The notes under the pieces: model-generated
Database searches by the model: none
What the model was told of the DNA's origin: nothing
The model's input: only the letters and a program-made list of their open reading frames with translations
Shown: in pieces, positions 44,155 to 54,716 of the stretch
Numbering within the stretch: position 1 is the first letter of the stretch
How the letters are laid out: the number at the start of each line of letters is the position of its first letter
Translations under genes and position numbers: made by a program
Source of the DNA: an uncultured Acidobacteriota bacterium
Lineage (GTDB): Bacteria > Acidobacteriota > Thermoanaerobaculia > Multivoradales > UBA5704
Length of the DNA: 64,000 nt
Assembly: GCA_963752235.1 (NCBI GenBank)
Contig: CAVVXL010000011.1
Location: 128,599 to 192,598 of the forward strand
Direction of reading: 5' to 3'

Positions 44155-45744
44155 ATGCGGACCTGGGGTTTGCTGTCGACCGCGGCGGTTGCCGCTCTCC
44201 TCCTGACGCCCGGCGCGGGCCTCGCCGGCGAGCCGCCGGCACGGATCGCGGTCCAGGCGCCGGGCTCCCTGCACCCAGGCGAGGCTGGAAAGCTGGTCCT
44301 CTCGCTCGCCGGGACCAAGGGGGAGCCGACACGCGCGCTCCAGCCCCTGCCGGTCGAGATCCGCGGCGCCGGCGCGCTCGGTCCCGCAACCGCCACCATC
44401 CCCGCCGGCGCCTCCAGCCTCGAGGTGGCGATCCACGCCCCCAAGCCCGGCCTCTGGCAGATCGAGGCGCGCTCTCCGGGGCTCGCCTCGGGGTTCGCCA
44501 TCGTGGTCTGCATCGCCCCGCAGCTCCGAGGAATCCAGCGGCCGGTGACCGTTCCGGAGGTCCGGGCTCAGGCGGTACCGCCTCCGCTCCAGCGGACGCC
44601 GTCGGTCAAGGTCCAGCCGCGCTTCTTCCCCCGGGCCATGGTCCGCCGGCTCCAGCCCCGCGCCGCGCAACCCCCGCAGGAGACCGCGGCCGCCGAGCCC
44701 GTGCCGCCGCCCGTTCCCTCCGCGGCGCCGGCCCCGCCCCCCCAGGGGCATGTCGAGCTCGTCCCCCAGCCGCAGACGGTCCCCCGCGGCCCCAACGGCT
44801 GGGCGGGCCAGGTGGAAGCTTTCTGGTACGAAGGGGACGCGCCGGGGCTGATCCCCGCGGACCTCAACCTCAGCCTGCTGGTCGACGGCGGCACCGGCGA
44901 GGCTCGCGTGGCCCCGGCCGAGCTCCACATCAAGCGCGGCGGATGGAAGTCGGACCCGGCCACGGTCTCCGCCAACGGCGCCGATACGGCAGAGGTCCGG
45001 GCCGTCTACCCGGGAGGCACGTCGAAGCCGGTCGCCATCAACTTCCTCGCCGCCGAGCCGGTGAAGCTCGACTTCGCGGCGCAACCCGCGCTCTTCCGCG
45101 GCCTCACCTCGGTCGCCACCGACGTCTACGTCCGCCTCCTCGGCGCGGACGGCCAGCCCGCCGTCAGCGGCACGGGGAGGCCGGTGACCCTGGCGGTTCA
45201 GGGGCCGACGGGGACCCGGTCCTACGTGGGGAGCGTGCCGGCGGGAGAGATGCAGGCGAAGATCCCGATCGAGCTCGCCCGGCCGGGGGACTACTCGCTG
45301 GTGGCTTCGGCGGCGACCCTGGTCTCCCCGCCGCTCGCCATCCGCTTCGCCCTCGACTGGCTGCTGCTCGCCAGCGCCCTCGCCGGCGGCGTGCTGGGGA
45401 GCCTGACGCGGGTGCTCTACCGCCGCGAGCGGCTGTGGCCGAAGGGGCTGCCGCGCAGCCTGGCCCTCGGCGTCGCCGCGGCCCTGCTGGTGCTGCTCCT
45501 CTCGCTGTTCGGCGTGCTGTCGATCCTCGGCGACGCCCTGCCCGCGGCCGAGGCGCTGCAGAAGGTGTCGCCGACCAGCCTGGCCGGCGCGCTCCTCCTC
45601 GGCTTCCTGGCCGGCCTCGCCTTCGACAAGATCTTCGCCCGCTTCCTCGGCGCCCGCCCCGGCCGCAAGGCCAAGCCGCCGGCGCCGAAGCCCCCGGCTA
45701 GCGCGCCTTCGCCGCCGCCGGCTCCCGCGGCGCCTCGCCCTTGA
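44155..45744 (+). CDS. secreted hypothetical protein with a C-terminal multi-TM region
   Basis: Signal peptide MRTWGLLSTAAVAALLL, beta-rich repeats, three or more C-terminal hydrophobic helices. No family named. Confidence 0.55.
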   Translation: MRTWGLLSTAAVAALLLTPGAGLAGEPPARIAVQAPGSLHPGEAGKLVLSLAGTKGEPTRALQPLPVEIRGAGALGPATATIPAGASSLEVAIHAPKPGLWQIEARSPGLASGFAIVVCIAPQLRGIQRPVTVPEVRAQAVPPPLQRTPSVKVQPRFFPRAMVRRLQPRAAQPPQETAAAEPVPPPVPSAAPAPPPQGHVELVPQPQTVPRGPNGWAGQVEAFWYEGDAPGLIPADLNLSLLVDGGTGEARVAPAELHIKRGGWKSDPATVSANGADTAEVRAVYPGGTSKPVAINFLAAEPVKLDFAAQPALFRGLTSVATDVYVRLLGADGQPAVSGTGRPVTLAVQGPTGTRSYVGSVPAGEMQAKIPIELARPGDYSLVASAATLVSPPLAIRFALDWLLLASALAGGVLGSLTRVLYRRERLWPKGLPRSLALGVAAALLVLLLSLFGVLSILGDALPAAEALQKVSPTSLAGALLLGFLAGLAFDKIFARFLGARPGRKAKPPAPKPPASAPSPPPAPAAPRP

Positions 45745-47781
45745 GGTACTTGCCGTACCAGGCGATGTAGCGCTCGTAACGGTCCTTCTGATAGCTCGGC
45801 TTCGAGATGCCGTGGCTCTGGCCGGGGTAGATCACCAGCTCGGTGTCGCGGCCTAGGCGGCGCAGCGCCTGGTAGAGCTGCTCGGCGTTCAGGAGCGGCA
45901 CGTTGACGTCCTCCGCGCCGCCCAGGATCAGAGTCGGAGTCGTGATCTTGTCGACCTGGAAGAAGGGGGAGATCCGCGTCCAGCGCTCCGGATGCTGCCA
46001 GGGGAGGCCGAGCTCGGCCTCCCACTCCTTCTGGTAGTGGTCGGTGCCGTAGTTGGCGAGATAGTTGACCTCGCTCGCCCCCGAGGTCGCCGCCTTGAAG
46101 CGCTGCGTCTTGGTGAGGACGTGGTCGGTGAGGATGCCGCCGTAGCTCCAGCCCCCCACCCCCAGGCGGTCGGGGTCGGCCACCCCCATGGCGATCGCGC
46201 CGTCGACGGCCGACATCACGTCCTGGTAGTCCTTGTTCCCCCAGTCGGCCCAGATCGCCCGGCTGAAGGCGCTGCCGTATCCCATCGACCCGCGCGGGTT
46301 CGCCGCCACCACCGCGAAGCCGTGGGCGGCGAGCATCTGCCACTCGGTCTGGAAGGAGGTGTCGTACTGCGACGTGGGGCCGCCGTGGATGCGCAGGATA
46401 GTCGGCAGCGTGACGCCGGGTTTCGCGCCGGGAGGCAAGGTCAGGAAGGCGTCGATCTTGGTGCCGTCGGCGCTGGTCGCCTGGAAGCGCTTCACCTCGC
46501 CCAGCCGGATTCCCGCGAGGAAGCCGTCGTTGGTCCGGGTCAGCCGGCGCAGCGGCTGACCCTCACCTGCCACCGCCGAGATCTCGGGAGGCCGCTGCGG
46601 GGTGCTCTCGAGCACCGCGATCTCGCCGTGCGGGCCGAGCGAGTAGGCCTGCACCACGCGGTCGCCGTCCACCACCCGCTCGACCGGCCCGCCGGTGGCG
46701 GGGACGCGCCCGAGGTGGCTGTTCCCTCCCTCCTCGATCAGGAAGTAGATCGACCGGCCGTCCGGCGAGAAGCGCGGCGACTCGACGTTGCGGTCGAGGT
46801 CGAGGGTCAGCGCCCGCGGCTCGCCGCCGGTCCCCCCCGCGACAGACACCACGGCGAGGTGGGTGGTGGCGTACCAGATGTCCTTCGGCTCCCCCCCGCC
46901 ACGTAGGCGATCCACCGGCCGTCCGGGCTGAAGGCGGGCGCGTGGTCGGTGCCGGGGGAGGTGACGACGGCGCGCGGCGTCTGCCCCGCCTGGGCCTCGA
47001 CCAGGAAGATGTCGCTGTTGTCGTTGGCGTCCGGATCCTTGGTGCGGTTGCTGGCGAAGGCGAGCGTCCTGCCGTCGGGCGACCAGGCGGGCTCGTTGTC
47101 GTCGTAGGGGCCGGAGGTGACCTGCACGCTCGCCTTGCTGGCGACGTCGAGCACGTAGAGGTGCTGGCGCAGCTCGCGCAGGAACCCCTCGCCGTCGCGC
47201 AGGAACTGCAGGCGGTGGATGACGATCGGCTTCGGCGTCTTCTCGGTTTCCGGCTTGCCGCCGCCGGCCTTGTCGTCCGCATTTTCAGGATCGTCGGGAT
47301 CGACGTCCCCCACCACCAGGGCCAGGCGCTTGCCGTCCGGCGACCAGGCGAGGTCGGAGACGTCCGCCTTGTAGTCGCTCAAGCGGACCGCCTCCCCGCC
47401 GCGGCGGTCGAGCAGCCAGACCTGGGATTTCTTGCCGTCCCGCCCGGAGAGGAAGGCGAGGTAGCGGCCGTCCGGGCTGAAGCGCGGATGCGATTCCGGC
47501 TTCGGGCTCGCGGTCAGCCGCAGCGGCTCGCCGCCGGCGAAGGGGAGCAGGTAGAGGTCGGAATCGCTCGTATCCTCCTTGGGATCGAGCCAGCGCACGG
47601 TGTAGGCCACGGCGCTGCCGTCCGGGCTGAGCTGCGGGTCGCTCACCGTCTTCAGCGAGAAGATGTCGTCCACCCGCAAGGGGCGGGGCGCGGAAGGCGC
47701 GGCAGCGGATGCGACGGCCGGCAGGACAAGCAGCGCGGCGGCCAGCGTAACAGGGGCCAGGCGGAAGGCGGATCGGTTCAT
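45698..47781 (-). CDS. S9 family serine peptidase (beta-propeller plus alpha/beta hydrolase), with an apparent frameshift in a G7 tract at 46891-46897
   Basis: N-part: ORF 46807..47781 (SPDG repeats). C-part: ORF 45698..46915 (GGWSYGG catalytic Ser). The junction reads ...WIAYVAGG|[10 protein letters not shown]. Confidence 0.85.
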
Positions 47782-47875
47782 CGGGGCTCCTCGTCAGATC
47801 TTACAAATCCTACCAGGACCCGCGGCGGGGGATCGTATAGACTTCCGCGTCGCCTCTCGATCCCAAGGAGCCTTC

Positions 47876-49636
47876 ATGAACTGCAAGCTCGCTTCCGCCG
47901 TCGCCCTGCTCTCCGTCCTCGCCCCCCTCGCGCTCGCCGCCGAGGAGCCGGTCGACCTCGCGATGATGACCCGCATCCGCGACGAGGGGCTGCACCACTC
48001 GCAGGTGATGGAGACCCTCTACCAGCTCACCGACCGCAACGGCGCCCGCCTCACCGGCTCCCCCGCGCTCAAGCGGGCGAACGACTGGACGCGCGACCAG
48101 TTTACGAAATGGGGACTGGTCAACGCCCACCTCGAAGGCTACCCGTTCGGCCGCGGCTGGGAATTCAGCACCTGCCAGGTGCGGATGGTGGCACCGCGGA
48201 CCTCGGTCCTCCTCGCCTATCCCAAGGCCTGGACGCCGGGGACGGGCGGCGCCGTGCGCGGCGCGGTGATCCGGGTCAAGGCGGAGACGGCCGCGGACCT
48301 CGAGGCCTACCGCGGCAAGCTCGCGGGCAAGATCGTGCTGCTCGACGACGCCCGCGACTTCAAGCCGGCGGCCGACGCGCGGCCGCTGCCCGACGGCAGC
48401 TCACCCCTCAACATCCCCGAGCACTACACGAAGGAAGACCTCGACCGGCTGACCAGCTTCGAGATCCGCGGCCCCGGCGGCGACCGCGACCGCCGGCGGG
48501 CCGAAGGGCTCCAACGCTTCAAGCTGCGGGCGGCGATCCAGGAGTTCATGAGCAAGGAAAAGCCGCTCGCCACGCTCGAGGCGAGCGGGCGGGTCAACGG
48601 CATCCTGGGCGTGGCCGGCGGCGGCTCGTGGGAGGAGGGGAAGACCGCGACCGTCCCCGGCCTGGTGATGATCGCCGAGCACTACAACGAGATCCTGCGC
48701 CTGGTCGATCACGGCGAGCCGGTGGAGCTCGAGGTGGACGTCGCCGCCCGCTTCACCGACGACGACAAGCAGGCCTACAACACCGTGGCCGAGATCCCCG
48801 GCACCGACAAGCGCGACGAGCTGGTGATGGCCGGCGCCCATCTCGATTCCTGGCACACCGGCACCGGCGCGACGGACAACGCCGCCGGTTGCGCGGTGGT
48901 GATGGAGGCGGCCCGCATCCTGAAGACGCTCGGCGTCAAGCCGCGGCGCACCCTCCGCTTCGCCCTCTGGACCGGCGAGGAGCAGGGGCTCATCGGCTCG
49001 AACGCCTACGTGAAGAAGCACTTCGCGGCCCATCCCGAGCGGCCGGAGTCGAAGTCGAAGGACGACAAGGACATCCCCTCCTTCCTGCGCGAGGAGACCT
49101 GGCCGCTCCAGCTCAAACCCGAGCACGCCAGGCTCTCGGCCTACTTCAACCTGGACAACGGCAGCGGCCGCGTCCGCGGTATCTACACGCAGGAGAACGC
49201 CGCCGTCAAACCGATCTTCGCCGCCTGGCTCGCCCCCTTCGCCGACCTCGGGGCCGACACCGTGACGATGCGCAACACCGGCAGCACCGACCACGTCGAG
49301 CTCGACGGCGTGGGGCTGCCGGGCTTCCAGTTCATCCAGGATCCCCTCGACTACTTCGAGAAGACCCACCACACGGACCTCGACACCTACGACCACGCTC
49401 AAGGCCAGGATCTGATGCAGGCTTCGGTCCTGATGGCCGCCTTCCTCTACGACGCCGCGATGCGCCCCGAGATGCTCCCCCGGAAGCCGCTGCCGACCGG
49501 GCCGCGGGCCGACGAGAGGAAGGCGATGGCGCCGAAGGCGGCCGATCCCGCCATGAAGCCGGACGCGAAGCCCAACGCCAAGACCGACGCAAAACCGGAC
49601 GCCAAGCCCGACACCAAGCAGGAGACCACGCCATGA
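47876..49636 (+). CDS. M28 family aminopeptidase with a PA domain
   Basis: AAGGAG before the ATG at 47876; signal peptide; [20 protein letters not shown]; [11 protein letters not shown]. Confidence 0.85.
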   Translation: MNCKLASAVALLSVLAPLALAAEEPVDLAMMTRIRDEGLHHSQVMETLYQLTDRNGARLTGSPALKRANDWTRDQFTKWGLVNAHLEGYPFGRGWEFSTCQVRMVAPRTSVLLAYPKAWTPGTGGAVRGAVIRVKAETAADLEAYRGKLAGKIVLLDDARDFKPAADARPLPDGSSPLNIPEHYTKEDLDRLTSFEIRGPGGDRDRRRAEGLQRFKLRAAIQEFMSKEKPLATLEASGRVNGILGVAGGGSWEEGKTATVPGLVMIAEHYNEILRLVDHGEPVELEVDVAARFTDDDKQAYNTVAEIPGTDKRDELVMAGAHLDSWHTGTGATDNAAGCAVVMEAARILKTLGVKPRRTLRFALWTGEEQGLIGSNAYVKKHFAAHPERPESKSKDDKDIPSFLREETWPLQLKPEHARLSAYFNLDNGSGRVRGIYTQENAAVKPIFAAWLAPFADLGADTVTMRNTGSTDHVELDGVGLPGFQFIQDPLDYFEKTHHTDLDTYDHAQGQDLMQASVLMAAFLYDAAMRPEMLPRKPLPTGPRADERKAMAPKAADPAMKPDAKPNAKTDAKPDAKPDTKQETTP

Positions 49637-50632
49637 AGCAACGCCAACTGGGAAAGCACGGCCCGAACGTCTCGGCCCTCGGCCTCGGCTGCATGGGGAT
49701 GTCCGACTTCTACGCCGGGCGGGACGACCAGGAGTCGCTCGCCACCCTGGAGCGGGCGCTCGAGCTCGGCACCACCTTCTACGACACGGCCGACATGTAC
49801 GGCCCCTACACCAACGAGGAGCTGGTCGGCCGCTTCCTGCGAGGCAAGCCGGACCGCCGCGACGAGGTGGTGCTCGCCACCAAGTTCGGCATCGTCCGCG
49901 ATCCCGACGATCCGACCCGCCGCGGGGTCAACGGCAAGCCCGACTACGTCCGCACCGCCTGCGAGGGGAGCCTGCGCCGGCTGGGGGTGGAGACGATCGA
50001 CCTCTACTACCTCCACCGGGTCGACGCCAGCACGCCGATCGAGGAGACGGTGGGCGCCATGGCCGGGCTGGTGAAGGAGGGGAAGGTGCGCCACCTCGGC
50101 CTCTCCGAGGTGAGCCCCGACACCCTGCGGCGGGCGCACGGCGTCCACCCGATCGCGGCGGTGCAGAGCGAGTACTCGCTGTGGAGCCGCGACCCGGAGG
50201 ACGGCATCCTCGCCGCCTGCCGCGAGCTGGGAGTCGGCTTCGTCCCCTACAGCCCGCTCGGCCGCGGCTTCCTCACCGGTCAATTCAAGACATTCGAGGA
50301 TCTGGAGCCGGACGACTACCGCCGCCACTCGCCACGCTTCCAGGGGGAGAACTTCCAGAAGAACCTCGACCTGGTCGGCCGCATCGGAGAGATCGCCCAG
50401 GCCAAGGGGTGCATCCCCGCCCAGCTCGCCCTCGCCTGGGTGCTCGCCCAAGGCGACGACCTCGTCCCCATCCCCGGCACCAAGCGCCGCAAGTACCTCG
50501 AGGAGAACGTGGGAGCCCTCGACGTCACCCTGACGCCCGGACGACCTGCGCCGGATCGACGAGATCGCGCCGAAGGGGGCCGCCGCCGGGCTGCGGTATC
50601 CCGCGGCGATGATGGCGACGTTGGACCGATAG
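49633..50632 (+). CDS. aldo/keto reductase, with an apparent frameshift at 50536-50540
   Basis: [24 protein letters not shown], and [14 protein letters not shown]. The tail [30 protein letters not shown] is read only after a 1-nt shift. Confidence 0.85.
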
Positions 50633-50643
50633 GAGGAGGAACC

Positions 50644-52173
50644 CTACCCCTGATCCTCCCCCCCGCCCGCGTTCGCGCACCGCGGCTCGACCCACAGGCG
50701 GCTGTCGCGGGCGGTCAAGAAGTGGGCGGCTTCGGGACCCCAGGTTCCCGCGGGGTAGACCGGGAGGTCGGAATTCCCCTGCTCGTCCCAGTACTCGAGG
50801 ATCGGCATCACGATCTTCCACGCCTCCTCGACCTGGTCGCGGCGCATGAACTGCGAGGCGTCGCCGTTCACCACGTCGAGCAGCAGCGTCTCGTAGGCCT
50901 CGGGCTCCGGCATCTTGAACGCTTCCTTGTAGCTGAAGCAGGTCTCGACCGCGGCGAGGCGCATGTTGGACCCCGGCCGCTTGGCCTGGAAGCGCAGGGC
51001 GATGCTCTCCTGCGGCTGGATGCAGAGCAGCAGCCGGTTGGGCTCCATCTCGCCGATCGCCGAGGTGGGGAACGACTGGTGCGGCACCGGCCGGAACTGG
51101 ATGCAGACCTCCGAGGCGTGGACCGGCAGCCGCTTGCCGGTGCGCAGATAGAACGGCACGTCCTGCCAGCGCCAGTTGTCGACGAACATCTTGAGCGCCA
51201 CGAAGGTCTCGGTCGTCGAATGGGGATCGACTCCGGTCTCGGCGCGGTAGGCCGGCACCTTCTGTCCCGCGATCAGCCCGGGGCCGTACTGGCCGCGCTC
51301 GACGAAGTGGTGGACGTCCTCCGGCTTCAGGCGGCGGACGGCCTTGAGCACGTCGACCTTCTTGTTGCGCAGCTCGTCGGCGTCGAAGCTGACCGGCGGC
51401 TCCATGGCGATCAGGCAGAGCACCTGGGTCAGGTGGTTCTGCACCATGTCGCGCAGCGCCCCCGAGTGATCGTAGTAGCCGCCGCGGGTGCCCACCCCCT
51501 CCTCCTCGGCGACGGTGATCTGCACCGAGTCGATGTAGCGGCGGTTCCACAGCGGCTCGTAGACCGAATTGGCGAAGCGGAAGGCGAGGATGTTCTGCAC
51601 CGGCTCCTTGCCGAGGTAGTGGTCGATGCGGAAGATCTGCGCCTCGTCGAACAGGCCGCCGAGGAAGCCGTTGAGCTCGCGGGCGGAGTCGAGGTCGTGG
51701 CCGAACGGCTTTTCGAACACCAGGCGCGAGCGCGCCGGATCGTTGAGGCACCCCGCGTCGTGGAGGTGCTGGGCCACCATCTGCATCACGGTGGGGGGCG
51801 TGGCGAGATAGAAGACCCGCGTCGCCAGCTTCCCGGCCTTGACGTCGAAGGCGTTCAGGGCGTCGTTGAGGCGCTGGTAGGCCGCCGCGTCGGCGAAGTC
51901 GGCCCGCTGGTACTCGAGGTGCCCGGCGAACGTCTGCCAGGCCTGCTCCTCGGGCTTCCCCTGGCGGCTGAACTGCTCCACCCCGTCGCGCAGGTGCTGC
52001 GCGTAGGCGGCCGGCTCGAGCTCCTTGATGTCGAGGGCGAAGACCCGGAACGGCTCGGCGAGCGACTTGTCGAGCCAGAGGTTGTAGAGGGCGGGGATCA
52101 GCTTGCGCCAGGCGAGGTCGCCGCCGCCGCCAAAGATCACGAATGCCGTCGGACTCGTCGTTCGTACACCCAC
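50644..52173 (-). CDS. zwf: glucose-6-phosphate dehydrogenase
   Basis: [32 protein letters not shown]. Confidence 0.9.
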   Translation of the reverse strand: MGVRTTSPTAFVIFGGGGDLAWRKLIPALYNLWLDKSLAEPFRVFALDIKELEPAAYAQHLRDGVEQFSRQGKPEEQAWQTFAGHLEYQRADFADAAAYQRLNDALNAFDVKAGKLATRVFYLATPPTVMQMVAQHLHDAGCLNDPARSRLVFEKPFGHDLDSARELNGFLGGLFDEAQIFRIDHYLGKEPVQNILAFRFANSVYEPLWNRRYIDSVQITVAEEEGVGTRGGYYDHSGALRDMVQNHLTQVLCLIAMEPPVSFDADELRNKKVDVLKAVRRLKPEDVHHFVERGQYGPGLIAGQKVPAYRAETGVDPHSTTETFVALKMFVDNWRWQDVPFYLRTGKRLPVHASEVCIQFRPVPHQSFPTSAIGEMEPNRLLLCIQPQESIALRFQAKRPGSNMRLAAVETCFSYKEAFKMPEPEAYETLLLDVVNGDASQFMRRDQVEEAWKIVMPILEYWDEQGNSDLPVYPAGTWGPEAAHFLTARDSRLWVEPRCANAGGGEDQG

Positions 52174-52192
52174 AGAGGGCCTCCCTCTCGAA

Positions 52193-52801
52193 TTAAAGTG
52201 TCAGTCCCAGGGCCGCGAACGCGGCGCGCGTCCGCTCCAGATCGCGGTGCCAGATCTCGTGCATGCCGAGCCGGCAGGCCACCTCGGCGAACATCGGCCG
52301 GTCGTCGACGTAGACCACCTCCGCCGGGTCGGCCTGGGCCACGTCGAGCGCCAGGCGGAAGATGTCCTCGTCCGGCTTGCGGAAGTGGACGTAGCTCGAG
52401 ACCACGAAGATGTCGACGAATTCCTTGAGCTCGAAGCGCCGGATGCGGTCGGCGGTCAGCTCCCGCCCCTCGTTGCTCACCACCACCACCTTGAGGCCGT
52501 GCTTCGCCTTGAGCCGCTTGTAGAGGTCGATCATCTCGGGGAAGGCGCGGGCCTGCGACAGCATGAAGTCGACCACCTGGTCCTCGGTGAAGTTGCGCGG
52601 CTGGTAGAAGACGACCCGCTGCAGGTAGACCGAGAGGCTGATCTTGCCGGCCTCGTAGGTGTCGTAGGTGAGGTGATGCCGCTCGTCCATCTCGTCGGGA
52701 TCGATCGCGAACTGCGCCGCCACCGCCTTGCGCAGGCCGCGGTCCCAGCCGTTGGTCAGCAGCACGCCGCCGAGGTCGGTGAACAGATGGGTGATGCTCA
52801 T
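52193..52801 (-). CDS. HAD-superfamily hydrolase
   Basis: LFTDLGGVL (DxG motif I), VVSNEG, YVDDR. Confidence 0.75.
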   Translation of the reverse strand: MSITHLFTDLGGVLLTNGWDRGLRKAVAAQFAIDPDEMDERHHLTYDTYEAGKISLSVYLQRVVFYQPRNFTEDQVVDFMLSQARAFPEMIDLYKRLKAKHGLKVVVVSNEGRELTADRIRRFELKEFVDIFVVSSYVHFRKPDEDIFRLALDVAQADPAEVVYVDDRPMFAEVACRLGMHEIWHRDLERTRAAFAALGLTL

Positions 52802-53460
52802 TCGGGTCTCCCCCCTTGTTCAATCGCAGCGACGGGAAATTCGGCCAGCAGCGCGGCGAGCGTCCGCTCGACCGCGCCCTCCGCCAGCACCCCGGCCGGC
52901 ACGCTGGTCGGCAGATACGCGACCATCCAGGCGCGGCGGGTCTCCGCCGTCACCTTGACCCGCTGGCTGTCGGTGATCGGGGTGCCGAAGGGGCCCTCGG
53001 CGTCGGCGAGCAGCGGCTTCCCCTCGAGATTGAACGGGCCGCGCAGCGATTCGTAGCTCTCGCCCGGCTTCCCCGCGCGCAGCACGACCGGCGGCGCGAA
53101 GCTCCCCTCGGCGACGATGCAGCAGGGGACGGCGAGCGCCACGGAAACGCAGTTGTTGAGGTCGACCAGCGGATGGATCGCCGGCAGCTCGTCCCCCTTG
53201 AGCAGCCGCCGCAGCAGCGCTTCGGACGAGGGACGGTAGCGGGTGGGATCGCAGCCGGCGGCGCGGAACAGCGACCGCAGGGCGGCCACCGTCGGGTCGG
53301 CGGCGAGGCTCTCCGCCCCGCGCTCGGCACGCGCCCGCTCGGCGGTCCGCCGGCGCAACGCCGCGAGGGGCTCATCGCCGCCCGCAAGGGACTCGAGCAG
53401 GAACCAGGCGAGCTCCCAGCCGTCGAGCTCGTGGGTGACGGGAAAGGGGGCCGGCGGCAT
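52798..53460 (-). CDS. B3/B4 tRNA-binding domain protein
   Basis: YRPSSEALLRRLLKGDELPAIHPLVDLNNCVSV resembles a PheT B3/4-like domain. Confidence 0.6.
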   Translation of the reverse strand: MPPAPFPVTHELDGWELAWFLLESLAGGDEPLAALRRRTAERARAERGAESLAADPTVAALRSLFRAAGCDPTRYRPSSEALLRRLLKGDELPAIHPLVDLNNCVSVALAVPCCIVAEGSFAPPVVLRAGKPGESYESLRGPFNLEGKPLLADAEGPFGTPITDSQRVKVTAETRRAWMVAYLPTSVPAGVLAEGAVERTLAALLAEFPVAAIEQGGRPE

Positions 53461-53508
53461 GGAGGGGATCTTGACACAGGTCGCCGGCCGGAAGCCGGGC
53501 CAAGCCCC

Positions 53509-53769
53509 TCAGTGCGGCTTCTGGCGCGCCTCGAAACGGCGGATCAGCTCCATCGTCGACGCACCCTCGGCGCCCGGCCGGCGGGGACGCCGCCAGGGCT
53601 GGTCCTGCAACCGCTGGCGCCTCCCCAGCCCCCCCAGGGCCCTGCTGCGGGCCTCGGTTTCGGCTTCCGGGGCGTGGAGGCGCTCGAGGATCGCCTCGAC
53701 GGCGATCTTCCGCGAGGCCTCGTATCCCAGGTTTCTCGGTACCGGATTGTCCATCGCTCGATGCCGCAT
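53509..53769 (-). CDS. hypothetical small protein (weak call)
   Basis: 86-aa ORF. Composition is partly protein-like; no SD seen. Confidence 0.25.
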   Translation of the reverse strand: MRHRAMDNPVPRNLGYEASRKIAVEAILERLHAPEAETEARSRALGGLGRRQRLQDQPWRRPRRPGAEGASTMELIRRFEARQKPH

Positions 53770-54197
53770 GACGACCTCCTCTCCTGGGTCTACGGTCCTG
53801 CGCGCCGCCTCGTCTAGCGCTCACCCGGTTAGACACCCCGGAAGAGCTTTTGGTTTCAGAACGCGCCGCCCTGTCGAGGATTACGGAGTCGTGGGCGGCG
53901 TGGATGGCCCTGGGCAAAGAATTATCCGGCGTCCGGAACCGTCTCGCCAGCCCGGCCCCCCACTCTCTTCACACCCGCCCTCCCCCCGCGCAGCCACCCA
54001 CCCCCCTCGCCCACTTCCGGACACCGGATAAAGCACCAATGATTCGCGCGCCTATCTCCGTCACAATCTAGACAATAGATGGACATGCCATGTTTGTCAA
54101 TGAACTCTTTCCGAATTATGGACAAGCCGTTCGGCTCGACCCGATCCGGACATCGGCACGTCGATTGCGTGGCTCCCCGGATCGGAAAGGAGACACC

Positions 54198-54716
54198 ATG
54201 CAAGACTCATCGACCAACGCTTGGAAAGGGCTCGCGGCCGGCCTCGCCGGGGGGCTCGCCGCCACCTTCGTGATGACGCAGTTTCAGGAGCTTTCCACCA
54301 AGCTGGAGAAGAAGCTCAAGGAGAGCCAGGGCAACGGAGGGGAGAAGAAGAAGAAAAAGGGGGAGGACGCGACGGTCAAGGCCGCCTCGAAGGTCTCCCG
54401 CAAAATCCTCCACCACCCGTTGACCCCAGGGGAGAAGAAGAAGGCGGGCCCCGCGGTGCACTACGGCTTCGGCACCTTGACGGGCGCCGCCTACGGCGTG
54501 CTCGCCGAGCTGGTTCCCGGGGTCACCCGGGGCGCGGGAGCGCCCTTCGGCACCGCCCTCTGGGTGGGGGCGGACGAGATCGCCGTCCCCGCCTTCGGGC
54601 TCTCGGGGCCGCCCTGGGAGAGCCCACCCTCGGTGCACGTCAAGGCGCTCGCCGCCCACCTGGTCTATGGCGTAGCGGCCGAGGGGGTGCGCAAGCTGGT
54701 GCGGCGGGCGCTCTAG
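54198..54716 (+). CDS. DUF1440-like membrane protein
   Basis: AGGAGA before the ATG at 54198. Gly/Ala-rich TM helices; Lys-rich loop GGEKKKKKGEDA. Confidence 0.55.
   Translation: MQDSSTNAWKGLAAGLAGGLAATFVMTQFQELSTKLEKKLKESQGNGGEKKKKKGEDATVKAASKVSRKILHHPLTPGEKKKAGPAVHYGFGTLTGAAYGVLAELVPGVTRGAGAPFGTALWVGADEIAVPAFGLSGPPWESPPSVHVKALAAHLVYGVAAEGVRKLVRRAL

Noticed and set aside
46942-52428. 1828-aa plus-strand ORF, with similar giant ORFs (29155..33012 as one gene, 32319..35876, 33641..37081, 22524..25595, 59550..62192, 11163..13319)
   Set aside because: These are stop-codon-poor alternative or antisense frames of 70% GC DNA. Their translations are Arg/Pro/Gly/Ala-rich with no motifs, and they overlap genes that have clear family signatures. 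Only the segments matching recognisable proteins were kept.
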